From IMG/VR virus record IMGVR_UViG_3300047548_001872: a stretch of 37,032 nt of DNA, one strand, 5' to 3'. The translations under genes were made by a program, and so were the position numbers. This document shows, in pieces, positions 26,451 to 34,835 of this stretch. Within the stretch, counting starts at the first letter, position 1. Every line of letters starts with the position of its first letter. This stretch comes from a virus. Its lineage: Duplodnaviria > Heunggongvirae > Uroviricota > Caudoviricetes. Under the pieces are notes generated by a model. It had not been told where the DNA came from and searched no databases. It saw only the letters and a program-made list of their open reading frames with translations.

Positions 26451-27338
26451 TTAAACTTTCGTAGGTAAGCAATCTACAAGTATTTTGTATGCTTGAAGAT
26501 TTTTGGTGTATCCTGCCCCATACATAACATTGTCGAGTCTTTTCCCCTCTTTGCCATCCTCATGGTTAGTTTTGTATGTGACGGCATTAAATAACCCCCA
26601 CAAGGTTTTTCCGTGAGAATCGAGTTCGGAATCAAGGATTTTTGCAAAATTCTTCATTTGATTAACCTTTTTTGTCGAGAACTCAGTCTCTTCTTTTCCT
26701 AAATCTTCCTCTTCAATGTCAAAAAGGTTTGCTATGATTTTTTTCTTAGCGTTAGAGGTGATTTTTGTATCAGCCATTCTCTTGAAGTTGTCCATAACGA
26801 TATTTTCGGCTTCCAAGATGATTTTGATTTCTTTACGAGCAATTTCAATTCTTTCGTTAGCTGATTTTGCATGGCGTATTTTCTGAACCTCTCTCATTGC
26901 CATGTGGAAGGTGTTTTGGCATATTACTACCTTGTTGGTGAATCCGAATCCAATAGAAGAAGTCGAATCATGTGAATTCAAGATAGTAACATACCGCTTG
27001 ATAGTGTCGTTAGCAATTTGCTCATTTTCGATTTCCGCTTGGTAATAAATCTTTCTACCTGAATCGAGCAAGCCACCTCTAAACTTCTTGGAAACATCTA
27101 TTGATGCTTCGATAAGGTTTTCGGCTAAAGTTGCATTTTGCATTACTACATAGTTTTTTGTAACCGTACCAAGCCATAAATTATTATCATTTCTGAAGTT
27201 CCCATAAGAACCTGTTGGGAGACCGCATTCCGAGAACAAAGGTTTTTTTTCAACCGACCAATTGGTTTTGGTTTTTTCAAGTAATTCGAATGTTTCTTCG
27301 AAGATTGTTTGCTTGTTTGTTGCCATTAAAGTTTCCAT
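26451..27338 (-). CDS. DUF932/DUF945-family phage protein
   Basis: NWSVEKKPL; RNDNNLWLGTVTKNYVVMQN; LNSHDSTSS; VVICQNTF; TLWGLFNAVT. Confidence 0.82.
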   Translation of the reverse strand: METLMATNKQTIFEETFELLEKTKTNWSVEKKPLFSECGLPTGSYGNFRNDNNLWLGTVTKNYVVMQNATLAENLIEASIDVSKKFRGGLLDSGRKIYYQAEIENEQIANDTIKRYVTILNSHDSTSSIGFGFTNKVVICQNTFHMAMREVQKIRHAKSANERIEIARKEIKIILEAENIVMDNFKRMADTKITSNAKKKIIANLFDIEEEDLGKEETEFSTKKVNQMKNFAKILDSELDSHGKTLWGLFNAVTYKTNHEDGKEGKRLDNVMYGAGYTKNLQAYKILVDCLPTKV

Positions 27339-27366
27339 AAAAAAGTGTTGTTAAGTTTTAATGGTG

Positions 27367-27397
27367 TAAACTTACAAAATATTATTTATAATACAAA
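27367..27397 (-). promoter_or_regulatory. Near-consensus early promoter
   Basis: TTTG-N19-TAAGTTTA; leader ACTTAACAACACTT. Confidence 0.55.
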
Positions 27398-27425
27398 TTA
27401 TTTTATATAATATTTTTTATTGTTA

Positions 27426-28262
27426 TTAATTTTCTTGCTTCTTTTTAAATTGTTCAAACCATTGCGCAAATTTTTCTTTAGCCATATCCTTTTCACTTAT
27501 CCCCCAAGTATTAAACAAGTCTGTTAATGCTCCTTGTACGAAGGCACTTTCTAAATCTTCTTTGCTATATAATTCCTTTTTTTGTTCCTGTTGCCATTTA
27601 GCACCTGCAATAAAAGTTTTTTCATGTAATTTCTGCCAAGTAGTTCTTTCATAAGATAAATTATAAGTTCTATCTAAATAATTCATAGCAGCTTCTTCAA
27701 GTGTTTCTTGTTTTGGTTTAGAATTATGCCATCTCAAATGTGATGGTATATCAAGTTCTTGTTCTAACTCAAACATTTCTTTTTTTAAATCTTGTTTAGG
27801 TTCTTCTTTTGGAAATACCAACACCCATCTATTACCCCAAGTGTCAGGATTTCCTATTGGAGATTTATCGTTATCAAATCTTTCAGAATACTTTTCTTTT
27901 CTAGCCTCAACAATATCAATAGGCTTACCGCTATCATTTGCTTTTGATACAAACCATTCTAAAAACTCATCATCAATAGCTTGTACACCATCTGTGATAA
28001 GGTCTTGGTCTGTTGTTAGGATGATTTTTTTAATAATTGGTTGTATTCCATAAAAACCTTTTACAAAATATACTTCATTTGTGTAAATGTTTAAAACCCA
28101 ACAATCTTTAATTTCTTCATCAGAAGATGTGATGTAGATGTTTTGATTTTCTACCCAACCTCCTTGAGATAATATTTTATTACTAAAAGCGTAACACTTT
28201 CCTTTTGTATTATAATACAACCTACTCGGTTTGTCCGTTGGTAATACGTGTATGTTTTTCAT
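27426..28262 (-). CDS. Mosaic hypothetical early protein (paralog of 29084-29896)
   Basis: KKIILTTDQDLITDGVQAIDDEFL; modules KQETLEEAA, FIAGAKW, WFEQFKK. Confidence 0.75.
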   Translation of the reverse strand: MKNIHVLPTDKPSRLYYNTKGKCYAFSNKILSQGGWVENQNIYITSSDEEIKDCWVLNIYTNEVYFVKGFYGIQPIIKKIILTTDQDLITDGVQAIDDEFLEWFVSKANDSGKPIDIVEARKEKYSERFDNDKSPIGNPDTWGNRWVLVFPKEEPKQDLKKEMFELEQELDIPSHLRWHNSKPKQETLEEAAMNYLDRTYNLSYERTTWQKLHEKTFIAGAKWQQEQKKELYSKEDLESAFVQGALTDLFNTWGISEKDMAKEKFAQWFEQFKKKQEN

Positions 28263-28264
28263 AA

Positions 28265-28537
28265 TTATTCTTCTTTTATTTCTTCGTATTTTTCAATTAT
28301 TAATAAACAACTATCTCCTACATTCCATCTTCCTTCGTATTCAAAAGGAATTGCAACTTCTCTTGTGGTAGTTGGCGTTTGAATCCAAATCTTAGGAGAT
28401 GTTGCCACTCTACCGCTATGCCCTTCAGCAGTAGCAGACACTTTACCATCAACAACTTCTTGACCTATGTATTTGTATTTAGGCGTTTGACAAGAAATAA
28501 GCAACAACATTAGTGTTGTTAAAAATATTTTTTTCAT
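28265..28537 (-). CDS. Small lipoprotein
   Basis: MKKIFLTTLMLLLIS-C lipobox. Confidence 0.7.
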   Translation of the reverse strand: MKKIFLTTLMLLLISCQTPKYKYIGQEVVDGKVSATAEGHSGRVATSPKIWIQTPTTTREVAIPFEYEGRWNVGDSCLLIIEKYEEIKEE

Positions 28538-28935
28538 TCTTCTTTTAGTTTAATGGTTACTGATTCTTTTTTTAATTCTTTTAAAGTTTTTTCTGCTTGT
28601 TCTATTTTGTATAATCTTTCTCTTTCTTCTTTTTCTTCTTTATTTTTTAAGAATGCCTCATTAGATTTAGTAACTTTTTCGGTAATTAATTCTAACCAAT
28701 TATCGGAGGTGAATATTTCCATTTCAATACTTATGTCATGATAATCATAACCACCGTATGCCCAAGTTTCATATAATGTTACAATTATTTTATCATCATA
28801 GATTTCAAATTTATCTATACTACCTCTAATATCTCTTGATTTATCATTTGATATTATGTAATCGCAAATATTATATGCTCTTTCTTTTATTTTTTCTTCA
28901 ATAATTTCATATTGCTTAATTTCTTCTAATTTCAT
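28534..28935 (-). CDS. Hypothetical protein
   Basis: 133-aa coupled ORF. Confidence 0.6.
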   Translation of the reverse strand: MKLEEIKQYEIIEEKIKERAYNICDYIISNDKSRDIRGSIDKFEIYDDKIIVTLYETWAYGGYDYHDISIEMEIFTSDNWLELITEKVTKSNEAFLKNKEEKEERERLYKIEQAEKTLKELKKESVTIKLKEE

Positions 28936-28985
28936 AATTTATAGTTTTTATTTTTGATTAATAGGTAAAATGATAATATTTTTAC

Positions 28986-29087
28986 TTACATTAAGATTAT
29001 GCCCAAATCAAAACAAGGCTCATCAAATTCTAAATCCCTTAACGCTAATGCTTCATTGTATGGTACAAATTCTTTTTCTATGCTCAT
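28986..29087 (-). pseudogene. 33-aa probable gene remnant
   Basis: MSIEKEFVPYNEALALKDLEFDEPCF then stop; ATGA-coupled; resembles the N-terminus of longer phage proteins such as 31042-31422. Confidence 0.45.
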
Positions 29088-29896
29088 AACCCTTTTTCTT
29101 TTTTGTAGATTTCTAATAGTTGGGTTCCTGTTTTCCCTATGTACTTTATATCAATTTTTGACATTATTCCCATATACCACTCCACAAACCCAATTGCAAA
29201 ATCATCTACTATTCTTGTAGCAATGTTCACATCCACCTCTGTCTTCTCATCAGATAGGTGTCCTGTTAACTCTTGTCTCAGTCGTTCTTTAAGCGTAAGA
29301 TTGATTTTTTGGGAATTCTGATTTGGAATGATTATTTCGTAAGTATTTTTTGTATAATCACCTTTTTCCATAGCATACTCTATTTTTCTATTTTGCTCGT
29401 CAAAAGCTTTTAATGTTGATTCAACTTCCACAAAATCACAAATCGGATTCTTTATGAAATAATCCAAAAAGACATCGTTAATTTTTTGCACTCCATCTTT
29501 TATTAAGGCTGGGTTTGTTGTCAAAATTACTTTGAAAACTTCTGCTTTTTTACGACCTCCAAGTTCTTCCATTGCAGTTCTTTGCGAGGCATTCATTTTA
29601 AATACCGCTTGATGCGATTTGAAGCCCTCTCTCACTAAATTAAGACAAATCCCATACTCCCCATCTTTTACTTCTGAATCCTCCAAAATGTACATGTCTT
29701 GAAGTTTAAAAGAAGAAGGTACATCTCTGAAACTTCCATTTAGCGTGGTGTATTGAACAAGCCCACCAAATGACATTGTGCGACTATATCTCCACCATGA
29801 TTTACACTCATTTGAAGTTCCTTTCCAAAGATGGCGTAATAACAAATCTCCTTTGATTGGCTCTCTATCCGTTGCGACAGTAATGACGTTTTTCAT
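29084..29896 (-). CDS. Hypothetical early protein (paralog of 27426-28262)
   Basis: KVILTTNPALIKDGVQKINDVFL. Confidence 0.72.
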   Translation of the reverse strand: MKNVITVATDREPIKGDLLLRHLWKGTSNECKSWWRYSRTMSFGGLVQYTTLNGSFRDVPSSFKLQDMYILEDSEVKDGEYGICLNLVREGFKSHQAVFKMNASQRTAMEELGGRKKAEVFKVILTTNPALIKDGVQKINDVFLDYFIKNPICDFVEVESTLKAFDEQNRKIEYAMEKGDYTKNTYEIIIPNQNSQKINLTLKERLRQELTGHLSDEKTEVDVNIATRIVDDFAIGFVEWYMGIMSKIDIKYIGKTGTQLLEIYKKEKGL

Positions 29897-30123
29897 GATT
29901 CACATATTTTTTTGATTAGAAACCTATTGTAATTTGGATTGGTTAATCCTTGAATGTGCCAAAGCTTTTGATTCAGTCCTAAGAAGTCATATTTCTTGGT
30001 TTGTAAAATATGCTTCCATTTCTTTTTAAACTTTCTTGGAACACGTTTGCAATAAAACCCCATATTTTTTGGAGCTATGAAATGCTTGTCCAAATTTTGA
30101 TATAAAATATTATTCATCATCAC
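29893..30123 (-). CDS. Small basic hypothetical protein
   Basis: KRVPRKFKKKWK; coupled ORF. Confidence 0.55.
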   Translation of the reverse strand: MMMNNILYQNLDKHFIAPKNMGFYCKRVPRKFKKKWKHILQTKKYDFLGLNQKLWHIQGLTNPNYNRFLIKKICES

Positions 30124-30415
30124 TAAGAATTAAATCAACATCTTTGAATTCTCCCTTTAGAAAAGCCATAACCCAATCATATAGGTTTTCGTAATCTTTA
30201 GTAACAAAGCTATTTGTTGCGAAAGCGTATTTTTGCCCGAAGCTTCTAAATGATACATACCAAACTTTTAAAGTTCGCATGTCAAAACAATTGTCAACAT
30301 ATTTGATAAAATATTTAACGGGCAACTCATTTTTACTATTAGAAGAACCAAATCTATGGTTGTCTCTTACAAAACTTAATATTTCAGCATATTGCTGCAA
30401 AGTCATTCCTTCCAT
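30110..30415 (-). CDS. Hypothetical protein
   Basis: 101-aa coupled ORF. Confidence 0.6.
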   Translation of the reverse strand: MEGMTLQQYAEILSFVRDNHRFGSSNSKNELPVKYFIKYVDNCFDMRTLKVWYVSFRSFGQKYAFATNSFVTKDYENLYDWVMAFLKGEFKDVDLILSDDE

Positions 30416-30417
30416 AA

Positions 30418-30705
30418 TTACGATATTTCCTCGATTGAATAGGCGTTCAGTATTGAATTATTGTCGATTTTTGGCATTATACCATTAATTCCGTCAGACC
30501 ATGTGGCACGAGGCTTTAATTTCGCTTTCCGACTGGCTTCCTCTAATGCTTTCTTTGCATGAATTTTAGCAAATCCTACCATCAATCGAATAATTTCGTC
30601 TTCTTGCTCAGAAGACCATTCTCTTTCTCTTAAATTATAAGAAATGCCATCACGCTCATACTTGAATGAGTCTATAAATTCTTCTGCGGTTAGTGATTTA
30701 CTCAT
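30418..30705 (-). CDS. Hypothetical protein
   Basis: FAKIHAKKALEEAS..SILNAYSIEEI. Confidence 0.62.
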   Translation of the reverse strand: MSKSLTAEEFIDSFKYERDGISYNLREREWSSEQEDEIIRLMVGFAKIHAKKALEEASRKAKLKPRATWSDGINGIMPKIDNNSILNAYSIEEIS

Positions 30706-31036
30706 TTTGTTTTATTGATTGAAGTTGGTCTAATATTTCTTTCATTTTTTTTATGACAAACAAATAGGCTTTGTGCTTACTCAATTTTGCTCCCCACATT
30801 TCTTCAACTTGTGACAAAGCTCTATATTGTGCTTTTAACTCTACCTCTTTTATTTTTTCTTTCTCAAATCGTTTATACCAATATTCTTTTGCGGAATCGC
30901 TTGTTGCTCCTGACACAAAAGCATCCCTTTGGCTCTTAAACTCATCATACAATCTTGCTGAATCACCACTACCTATCCAAAATGGTTTTTTAGGATAAAC
31001 TTTTTCTGCTTCTAATTCAAGCTCTTCTTTTGTCAT
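30698..31036 (-). CDS. Mosaic hypothetical protein
   Basis: Shares AFVSGATSDSAKEYWYK with the FIAGAKSNAARDYWFK module of 36099-36476. Confidence 0.65.
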   Translation of the reverse strand: MTKEELELEAEKVYPKKPFWIGSGDSARLYDEFKSQRDAFVSGATSDSAKEYWYKRFEKEKIKEVELKAQYRALSQVEEMWGAKLSKHKAYLFVIKKMKEILDQLQSIKQNE

Positions 31037-31041
31037 GTTTT

Positions 31042-31422
31042 TTAAATCAAATTAGTTAAACAATATTCAATAGCAGCTTCATAAGCTTTTGTTGGAGACA
31101 TATAGTCTTGCTCTTTCTTCCATTTTAAACTTCTGGTAGAATAATTAGTTGAGATATGTTCCCATCTCCAATGTGTTAGATTGTCAGAATAAGGAATAGG
31201 AGTCACTCTAATCCAAATCCTATGCTTCTCATACAACCATTCTAAAACCTCACCAATGGTCGGAGCTGAAAAACCAAAATTTTCAGAATTTTTATTAGGC
31301 ATTTCTATACAATCAGACCCATTGAAGTGCCATAAGTTTTGAGAAATTTTATCATACCCCTTATCTTTCAAAATTTTTGCAGTAGGGTAATCAACTGGTT
31401 TACTAAAAATAGTGTTTGCCAT
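31042..31422 (-). CDS. Hypothetical early protein
   Basis: TAKILKDKGY..SAPTIGEVLEWLYEKHRIWI..YEAAIEYCL. Confidence 0.7.
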   Translation of the reverse strand: MANTIFSKPVDYPTAKILKDKGYDKISQNLWHFNGSDCIEMPNKNSENFGFSAPTIGEVLEWLYEKHRIWIRVTPIPYSDNLTHWRWEHISTNYSTRSLKWKKEQDYMSPTKAYEAAIEYCLTNLI

Positions 31423-31456
31423 TTTTTAATGTTTTTGCGTTAAGTGTTTGTTAGTA

Positions 31457-31486
31457 CAAATATATAATAATAATTATTATAAACAA
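31457..31486 (-). promoter_or_regulatory. Early-type promoter with conserved leader
   Basis: TTG-N19-TATATTTG then TACTAACAAACACTTAA. Confidence 0.82.
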
Positions 31487-31503
31487 TACATTTGAAAATA
31501 TTT

Positions 31504-31533
31504 TTTGATTCAATTAAAATATGCCTATATTTG
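31504..31533 (+). promoter_or_regulatory. Plus-strand promoter for the candidate sRNA
   Basis: TTTG-N18-TATATTTG; a second TACATTTG at 31487-31494. Confidence 0.7.
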
Positions 31534-31539
31534 CAATGC

Positions 31540-31700
31540 ATTCAGGGTTTCTGTGTCTACTTGTTTGCTCTCTTCATTCCGTCAATCTATTTAGCTACTT
31601 TGCTAACTACAAAAAAAACGGATTCGCCATAAGACACAAGTTGGTTTTAAGTGTTTGTTAAGTATTACCAACAAAAAAAGGGGGTTTTGCCCCCTTTTTT
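31540..31700 (+). ncRNA. Candidate ~160-nt structured small RNA
   Basis: Bounded by a promoter and a terminator; nested stems 31552-58/31632-38, 31578-82/31618-22, 31591-95/31602-06, 31641-45/31667-71; no convincing ORF. Confidence 0.55.
31673..31700. terminator. Bidirectional intrinsic terminator
   Basis: A7-GGGGG-ttttg-CCCCC-T6. Confidence 0.88.
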
Positions 31701-31707
31701 ATTTCTA

Positions 31708-32049
31708 TCAATTTGAGTGATGTTTTATACAATCTTCTTTGCTTTGAAATACTAAATCATGCCCTTTTAAACCTAAATCCAAATTCATCACGGTAGCAAG
31801 CCTTACAAAAATAGATTCTTGGTTTTTTAGAATCATAAATCCTGCGCATTGCAACCTTTTTAAATCCTCATGATTGTCTTTAGAATAATCAACGGTCTTA
31901 TGGCATACGAAGGAATCTTGATTCAATATTTCAGTAATCCTTTCTTTGCCTAACCACCCTTTTATCGAGTCGGTTCTAAAAGGACAATTACTGCAAGGCG
32001 TTTTTTTGCAAGGAATGAAGGATTGTTTTTTTTTCACTGGTTTATTCAA
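31708..32049 (-). CDS. Cys/His-rich protein (DUF6283-like)
   Basis: PCSNCPFR..GWLG..FVCHKT..CAG. Confidence 0.65.
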   Translation of the reverse strand: MNKPVKKKQSFIPCKKTPCSNCPFRTDSIKGWLGKERITEILNQDSFVCHKTVDYSKDNHEDLKRLQCAGFMILKNQESIFVRLATVMNLDLGLKGHDLVFQSKEDCIKHHSN

Positions 32050-32719
32050 TTGAAATTGATTGTATTTCCTCTAACTTTTCGGAAACCCACTCATCTTCGA
32101 GTTCTTCTCGTTTTTCATCAAGTTGGTCAGAAGTGATTTCTTCTTCCCAACCATCATCATCGGTATCAATACCTTCCTCTTCGGCAATGATTTCTTTTAT
32201 TTCCGAATCTTCCTTTTCCTCGAAGTCTAAATCCAAAGACTCAAATTCGCTAATAGCTGATTCCAAAGAATCAATACGCTCTTGTAGTAATTCCCCCGTT
32301 GGAGAATACTGAAGCGATTCAGGCATATTGTCTAAAGAATCTTGAGTAGTATCTCTTAATTCTTCAAGGTTAGAAACAATGTCGTCTCTGAAAGACTGAA
32401 CTTCTTCCGCTGAATTAGGGCTAAAATCTTCGATTTGTTCCATAATCTGATAAAGGGAAGAAAGATATGCACTTTGAGTCAATTCAGATTGTCTTGGCTT
32501 TTCTTTGCTATATCGCTTCGGGGAATTTTGAAATTGCCACCACCAATAGCTTTCGCCTTTTGCAATGAAGATTGGGTCATTTTCGTCTTTTGGAATTGTT
32601 CGGTCAATTTTAGTTAGCGTTTGACCTTCTCTCTTTCCTTTTTGACTTACATATTCAACTCTTTTCCCGTTTTGGTAAATGTCTTTTTGGGCTTTGTTTA
32701 CAAATGTTGCTCTTGCCAT
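32042..32719 (-). CDS. Hypothetical protein with acidic coiled-coil C-terminus
   Basis: KGESYWWWQF..PRQSELTQS; D/E-rich tail. Confidence 0.7.
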   Translation of the reverse strand: MARATFVNKAQKDIYQNGKRVEYVSQKGKREGQTLTKIDRTIPKDENDPIFIAKGESYWWWQFQNSPKRYSKEKPRQSELTQSAYLSSLYQIMEQIEDFSPNSAEEVQSFRDDIVSNLEELRDTTQDSLDNMPESLQYSPTGELLQERIDSLESAISEFESLDLDFEEKEDSEIKEIIAEEEGIDTDDDGWEEEITSDQLDEKREELEDEWVSEKLEEIQSISIE

Positions 32720-32744
32720 AGTTTTAATTGTTAATTGTTATATG

Positions 32745-33110
32745 TTAATTTTCTTGAATTTCTATGATTCCGTTTTGATACTCTATTTTTTTATAGGTTA
32801 TTGATATTGTCTTTATTTTGCCTTCACCTTTTTGAATATGAATTACACCATATACCTTTGCATTTTCTAATTCCAATACTACAAAACCTTCTTTCAACTG
32901 TTTAGCCTCATACCTTTTAACTAACAAGGCAATAACCTCGTCTTTTATGTTTGGTCTTGCTTTAGAATTACAAAAGATAATGGTTGAATCTTTTTTTGTG
33001 TAGACTTGCTCTATACCCTCGTTCCCGTGTTTATAGTAAACAATTTTCTGAGAGCATATTGTACAACACCATAAAAACAAGGATGTAGTATGTATTAGCT
33101 TGATTTTCAT
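32745..33110 (-). CDS. Putative secreted hypothetical protein
   Basis: N-terminal signal-like segment; own promoter. Confidence 0.6.
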   Translation of the reverse strand: MKIKLIHTTSLFLWCCTICSQKIVYYKHGNEGIEQVYTKKDSTIIFCNSKARPNIKDEVIALLVKRYEAKQLKEGFVVLELENAKVYGVIHIQKGEGKIKTISITYKKIEYQNGIIEIQEN

Positions 33111-33136
33111 TTTTTCGGGTTAAGTGTTTGTCAATA

Positions 33137-33144
33137 CAAATATA
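33137..33144 (-). promoter_or_regulatory. Early-type -7 element with conserved leader
   Basis: TATATTTG then TATTGACAAACACTTAA. Confidence 0.7.
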
Positions 33145-33191
33145 AAATAAAAAATATTATAAATAATAATTTTTTACTAAAAAAATCAAAT

Positions 33192-33218
33192 AAAAAAGCC
33201 CCGATAAGTATGGGGCTT
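33192..33218 (-). terminator. Intrinsic terminator
   Basis: AAGCCCC-N9-GGGGCTT followed by a T-run on the minus strand. Confidence 0.8.
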
Positions 33219-33248
33219 GTTGTTAGTGGTATGCACCTTGTTTTGGGT

Positions 33249-33312
33249 GTATAAGTCTGATAAATGGTTGTATAAGTCGGTAAAATATGCTCTTAGCGAT
33301 GAGTTAGCACTT
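33249..33312 (+). other. Possible attI-like recombination site
   Basis: GTATAAGTC direct repeats at 33249 and 33270; GTTAGCACTT at 33303 is the exact inverted complement of AAGTGCTAAC at 34104. Confidence 0.3.
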
Positions 33313-33733
33313 ATTTTCGAGAACGAGTGCTGATATAAAGTTTGTCTTTTCTAATTATACAAACATCATTCTCAAAAGGTTTGTCAAAATCCCACTTTTC
33401 TAAATAGGACTTTGATATTTTTAATACCTCACACCAAGCATTAAAAAGCAAAGTCAAATCACCATAATAGAAATTAAAACAACTTTCCTTAAATTCTAAA
33501 TGATATATTTTTCTTTTTTTATTTAAACTATCTAAATAATCATCAATTTCTTCTTGAGATGGTTTTTCAGAAAAATAACCTTTATAATAAAGTTCTTTAA
33601 TTTGATTTTCGGTCAAATCACCACCTTTTAAAGTAGTGTTTTCTTTTACTTTAGTTCCATTTTGTTTAATTGTATATGTAACAGGATATAGTAAATTTTC
33701 TTCTACTAACAAAGCAAAGTTTATATATTTCAT
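33311..33733 (-). CDS. Hypothetical protein (putative cassette A)
   Basis: 140-aa ORF; stop codon abuts GTGCTAAC. Confidence 0.62.
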   Translation of the reverse strand: MKYINFALLVEENLLYPVTYTIKQNGTKVKENTTLKGGDLTENQIKELYYKGYFSEKPSQEEIDDYLDSLNKKRKIYHLEFKESCFNFYYGDLTLLFNAWCEVLKISKSYLEKWDFDKPFENDVCIIRKDKLYISTRSRK

Positions 33734-33737
33734 TTTA

Positions 33738-33995
33738 TTAAAAATTTAAAGATTTTACAAAACACCATTTTTTCATTAACTTTTTAGATAATAAATTATT
33801 TTTCCAGGTTTTTCCGTTTTTTACAACTCTATTTTTATCTACTAAAAAATTAGCTTTAGCCGTTTCAATTTCGTTATCTTTAAAAACAACAACACCGTTT
33901 GCAATTTCATCATCATAGTATTTCATTAGATAAATACCTTTAAATCGTAAATTTCCGTTTACAGTTTTATTAAAAGAATAAATGTGAGCTTCCAT
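33738..33995 (-). CDS. Hypothetical protein (putative cassette A)
   Basis: 85-aa ORF behind the promoter at 34024. Confidence 0.58.
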   Translation of the reverse strand: MEAHIYSFNKTVNGNLRFKGIYLMKYYDDEIANGVVVFKDNEIETAKANFLVDKNRVVKNGKTWKNNLLSKKLMKKWCFVKSLNF

Positions 33996-34023
33996 ATTTT
34001 TATAGTTTTAAAATTTATATATG

Positions 34024-34031
34024 CAAATATA
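34024..34031 (-). promoter_or_regulatory. -7 promoter element TATATTTG
   Basis: In the AT-rich gap 28 nt upstream of ATG 33995. Confidence 0.6.
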
Positions 34032-34106
34032 AACATTAATATTATCAACTTCCAAATAAAAATGCAATTATTATAAATAAAAATATCATTTAATAATAAA
34101 AACAAG

Positions 34107-34237
34107 TGCTAACACTCGCTTTGTGCTATTGCAAATCTTGTGGTTTAATCACATTTACGTTTCGCATCACGTTTATTTGTAACCGAAAATACTCGTTTAC
34201 GAACTTTGCAACAGCACAAAGCGTGAAACCGTTATAG
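34107..34237 (+). mobile_element. attC-like site 1
   Basis: TGCTAAC-act-CGCTTTGTGCT.TTGCAAA ... TTTGCAA.AGCACAAAGCG-tgaaacc-GTTATAG. Confidence 0.72.
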
Positions 34238-34267
34238 GTAATTGTTTTAAAAATTCCTACCGCACAG

Positions 34268-34480
34268 TTACGTTTTCAAATTGAAATTACTACCATCAAA
34301 TGTGAACCTATTGTTGTTGTCTATAGCATCGCGTAATTGACGTTTTGTTTCGATTTTTTGATATTCACCTTCATTGTTAATGAAATATTCAAAATGTGTT
34401 TCATCTAACCAATTTCTTCCAAACATCGGTCTGTCATCATCTACTGGTTCATCTAACCAGCTACTTCCAAATAGTGCCAT
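34268..34480 (-). CDS. Hypothetical protein (putative cassette B) with internal WLDE repeat
   Basis: FGSSWLDE / FGRNWLDE; flanked by 22-bp inverted repeats. Confidence 0.65.
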   Translation of the reverse strand: MALFGSSWLDEPVDDDRPMFGRNWLDETHFEYFINNEGEYQKIETKRQLRDAIDNNNRFTFDGSNFNLKT

Positions 34481-34525
34481 AACAATTTAGTTTTTAATGC
34501 CAACGCTAATTTTTAAAACAACTAC

Positions 34526-34618
34526 CTATAACATAGTATTGGCAAAATGCCACAGATAGTTTGTGCCTTGAATTTAAGTTTGTACTGGTGGCACTTCGCC
34601 AATACTCAACCGTTATGC
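34526..34618 (+). mobile_element. attC-like site 2
   Basis: CTATAAC-at-AGTATTGGC.aaaa.TGCCAC ... GTGGCA.cttc.GCCAATACT-caacc-GTTATGC. Confidence 0.75.
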
Positions 34619-34619
34619 C

Positions 34620-34835
34620 TCATTTTACCAAACGACATAAAACACTTGTTGCTTTATAATAATCGTTTAACCACCAAAAACCTTTGTCGAAATTTACTTT
34701 ACCTTTATAAATCATGCCGAATGTGTTTATGAATTCATATTCTGAATGCTCATTGAAGTATGAACTATCTCTATATAAGAAGCTCTCACTAACATCGGCT
34801 TTGCAAGATTGTTCTTGTTGGTCTAAATTGTTCAT
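34620..34835 (-). CDS. Hypothetical protein (putative cassette C), starting inside attC3
   Basis: MNNLDQQEQSCKADVSES: the CKADV codons form one arm and core box of attC3; stop TGA abuts GGCATAAC. Confidence 0.62.
   Translation of the reverse strand: MNNLDQQEQSCKADVSESFLYRDSSYFNEHSEYEFINTFGMIYKGKVNFDKGFWWLNDYYKATSVLCRLVK

Noticed and set aside
31540-31640. 6S RNA identity for the candidate sRNA
   Set aside because: The nested stems are short (5-7 bp) and I cannot match 6S consensus features; left as an unclassified sRNA.
31536-31661. 41-aa + strand ORF (MHSGFLCLL...) and 7-aa - strand ORF (MANPFFL) in the sRNA locus
   Set aside because: The ATG lies only 2 nt past the -7 box, probably upstream of the TSS, and has no leader; the minus ORF is trivial. 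A dual-function RNA cannot be fully excluded.
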